Source of the DNA: a virus
Direction: 5' to 3' (one strand)
IMG/VR virus record: IMGVR_UViG_3300048080_000333
Length of the DNA stretch: 64,000 nucleotides
Shown here: one piece after another, positions 63,216 to 64,000 of the stretch
Layout: every line of letters begins with the position of its first letter
Position numbering within the stretch: the stretch's first letter is position 1
Made by a program: the position numbers and the translations under genes
Notes under the pieces: model-generated
The model's database searches: none
What the model was told of the DNA's origin: nothing
The model's input: only the letters and a program-made list of their open reading frames with translations

Positions 63216-63229
63216 CGAACGTGTGTTCG
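63216..63229. promoter_or_regulatory. LexA (SOS) box, Gram-positive type: CGAACGTGTGTTCG
   Basis: Full CGAAC-N4-GTTCG palindrome 3 nt from the -35 element. Confidence 0.72.
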
Positions 63230-63232
63230 ATA

Positions 63233-64000
63233 TCACCCCCCGACTACGCTTCTCGTCTCTTTGAGATACGTAAGACCAGCATCCGCTAGTTGTCGTCCGG
63301 ATCGGGATACGACCACAAACCTGCTCCGAATAAGATAGGGCTCCAAATCGTATTGGCAGTCCTTCGTATCTTGGCCAAGAAAACCTGCGATAGAGGCTAG
63401 ACCGGCCGACCTACCGGGCATCCCCTCTAGAAATGCAAGGTACTCGAATTGCGACCTGCTGAGGCCACGGTGCCGGAGGCCCGACAGTGCTAGGGCTTGC
63501 TTGACCTCGGGCAAGCCCGCTGTCCCGAAACGTGGGACGAGGTTGGCGACGTTGCGGAGGATCTTCCGGTTGACTTTCCGGGGCTCGCCGGCCGCATTCT
63601 CCCCGATCCACTGTGCCGCTTCGGAGGTGAGGAAGAGTTCGAGCCGCTTCGCCGACCGATCTGCCACGACCGCGAGTTCGGCTGGAGAGTAGAATCCTAT
63701 GTCGAGCGTTTCCTGGAATCTCGACTTCAGGGCGGGTGGCACCGAGGACATGCGGTTTGTGGTACCCATCACGGTGATCGGGACGCCCCCGAACCGCTGC
63801 CCCTGCCAAGTCACGTAGCCATGGGTCATAAGGCTGTGAATCGTGTAACTGGCCGCGCGCGTCATACCGTCTAGTTCGTCGATCAGCCAGAGGATGGGCC
63901 GACCCGTGGTATCGTACAACCCAGCGATGTTGGCGAGTGCCTCCAGCGTTAGAGCCTGCGTCGAGAATTCGGCTCCAGACGATTCGTAGAGGGACAGTGC
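63233..64000 (-). CDS. ruvB: RuvB-like Holliday junction branch-migration ATPase, 5'-truncated by the window edge
   Basis: Frame open to 64000; Walker B 'LIDE', 'GTTNR', arginine finger 'LKSRF', 'FYSPAEL', 'GEPR', C-terminal wHTH 'EPYLIR...SRSGR'. Confidence 0.85.
   Translation of the reverse strand, partial: ALSLYESSGAEFSTQALTLEALANIAGLYDTTGRPILWLIDELDGMTRAASYTIHSLMTHGYVTWQGQRFGGVPITVMGTTNRMSSVPPALKSRFQETLDIGFYSPAELAVVADRSAKRLELFLTSEAAQWIGENAAGEPRKVNRKILRNVANLVPRFGTAGLPEVKQALALSGLRHRGLSRSQFEYLAFLEGMPGRSAGLASIAGFLGQDTKDCQYDLEPYLIRSRFVVVSRSGRQLADAGLTYLKETRSVVGG

Noticed and set aside
1-64000. tRNA, rRNA, inteins, introns, IS elements, integrase, alternative genetic code
   Set aside because: None recognised by eye; genes are tightly packed and end in all three standard stop codons. 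tRNAscan-SE and Infernal were not run, so small RNAs cannot be excluded.

Overview
The whole 64-kb window reads as part of a GC-rich tailed dsDNA phage or prophage genome, probably siphovirus-like (no sheath gene recognised). No host housekeeping genes, rRNA, tRNA, CRISPR array, integrase, terminase, portal or capsid were recognised; head and packaging genes probably lie upstream of base 1. Layout on the + strand: (i) 1-3.3 kb, a 5'-truncated Val-rich repeat protein, adaptor/connector-like genes and a stand-alone SLH protein; (ii) 3.4-18.8 kb, a glycan-biosynthesis island inside the structural module (8 glycosyltransferases, 2 SDR epimerase/dehydratases, a cytidylyltransferase, 3 SAM methyltransferases, GNAT, MazG, plus NinG-like and trypsin-like genes), with a ~68-bp direct repeat at 3.3 and 16.8 kb; (iii) 19.4-32.6 kb, the tail module with a -1 frameshift chaperone, tape measure, repeat-bearing fibre and hub; (iv) 33-36 kb, lysis genes (holin candidate, DUF3380-type muramidase, a TM-collagen-beta-strand spanin candidate) and two more methyltransferases; (v) 36.3-61.3 kb, recombination, replication and nucleotide metabolism (Cas4-like nuclease, ERF, UDG-PolA fusion, RusA, DNA MTase, primase-helicase, SSB, three NDT-like proteins, dATP/dGTP diphosphohydrolase, ClpP, HerA-like ATPase, PIN, ThyX, phosphoesterases, SLOG). 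A convergent minus-strand arm (61.2-64 kb) carries a divergent RuvB (truncated by the window edge), a ParB-like and an MTase-like gene. Two sigma70-type promoters carry Gram-positive-type LexA boxes (CGAAC-N4-GTTC). All family assignments come from motif recognition by eye, not database searches. Several start codons were moved from the ORF track to better-supported starts.
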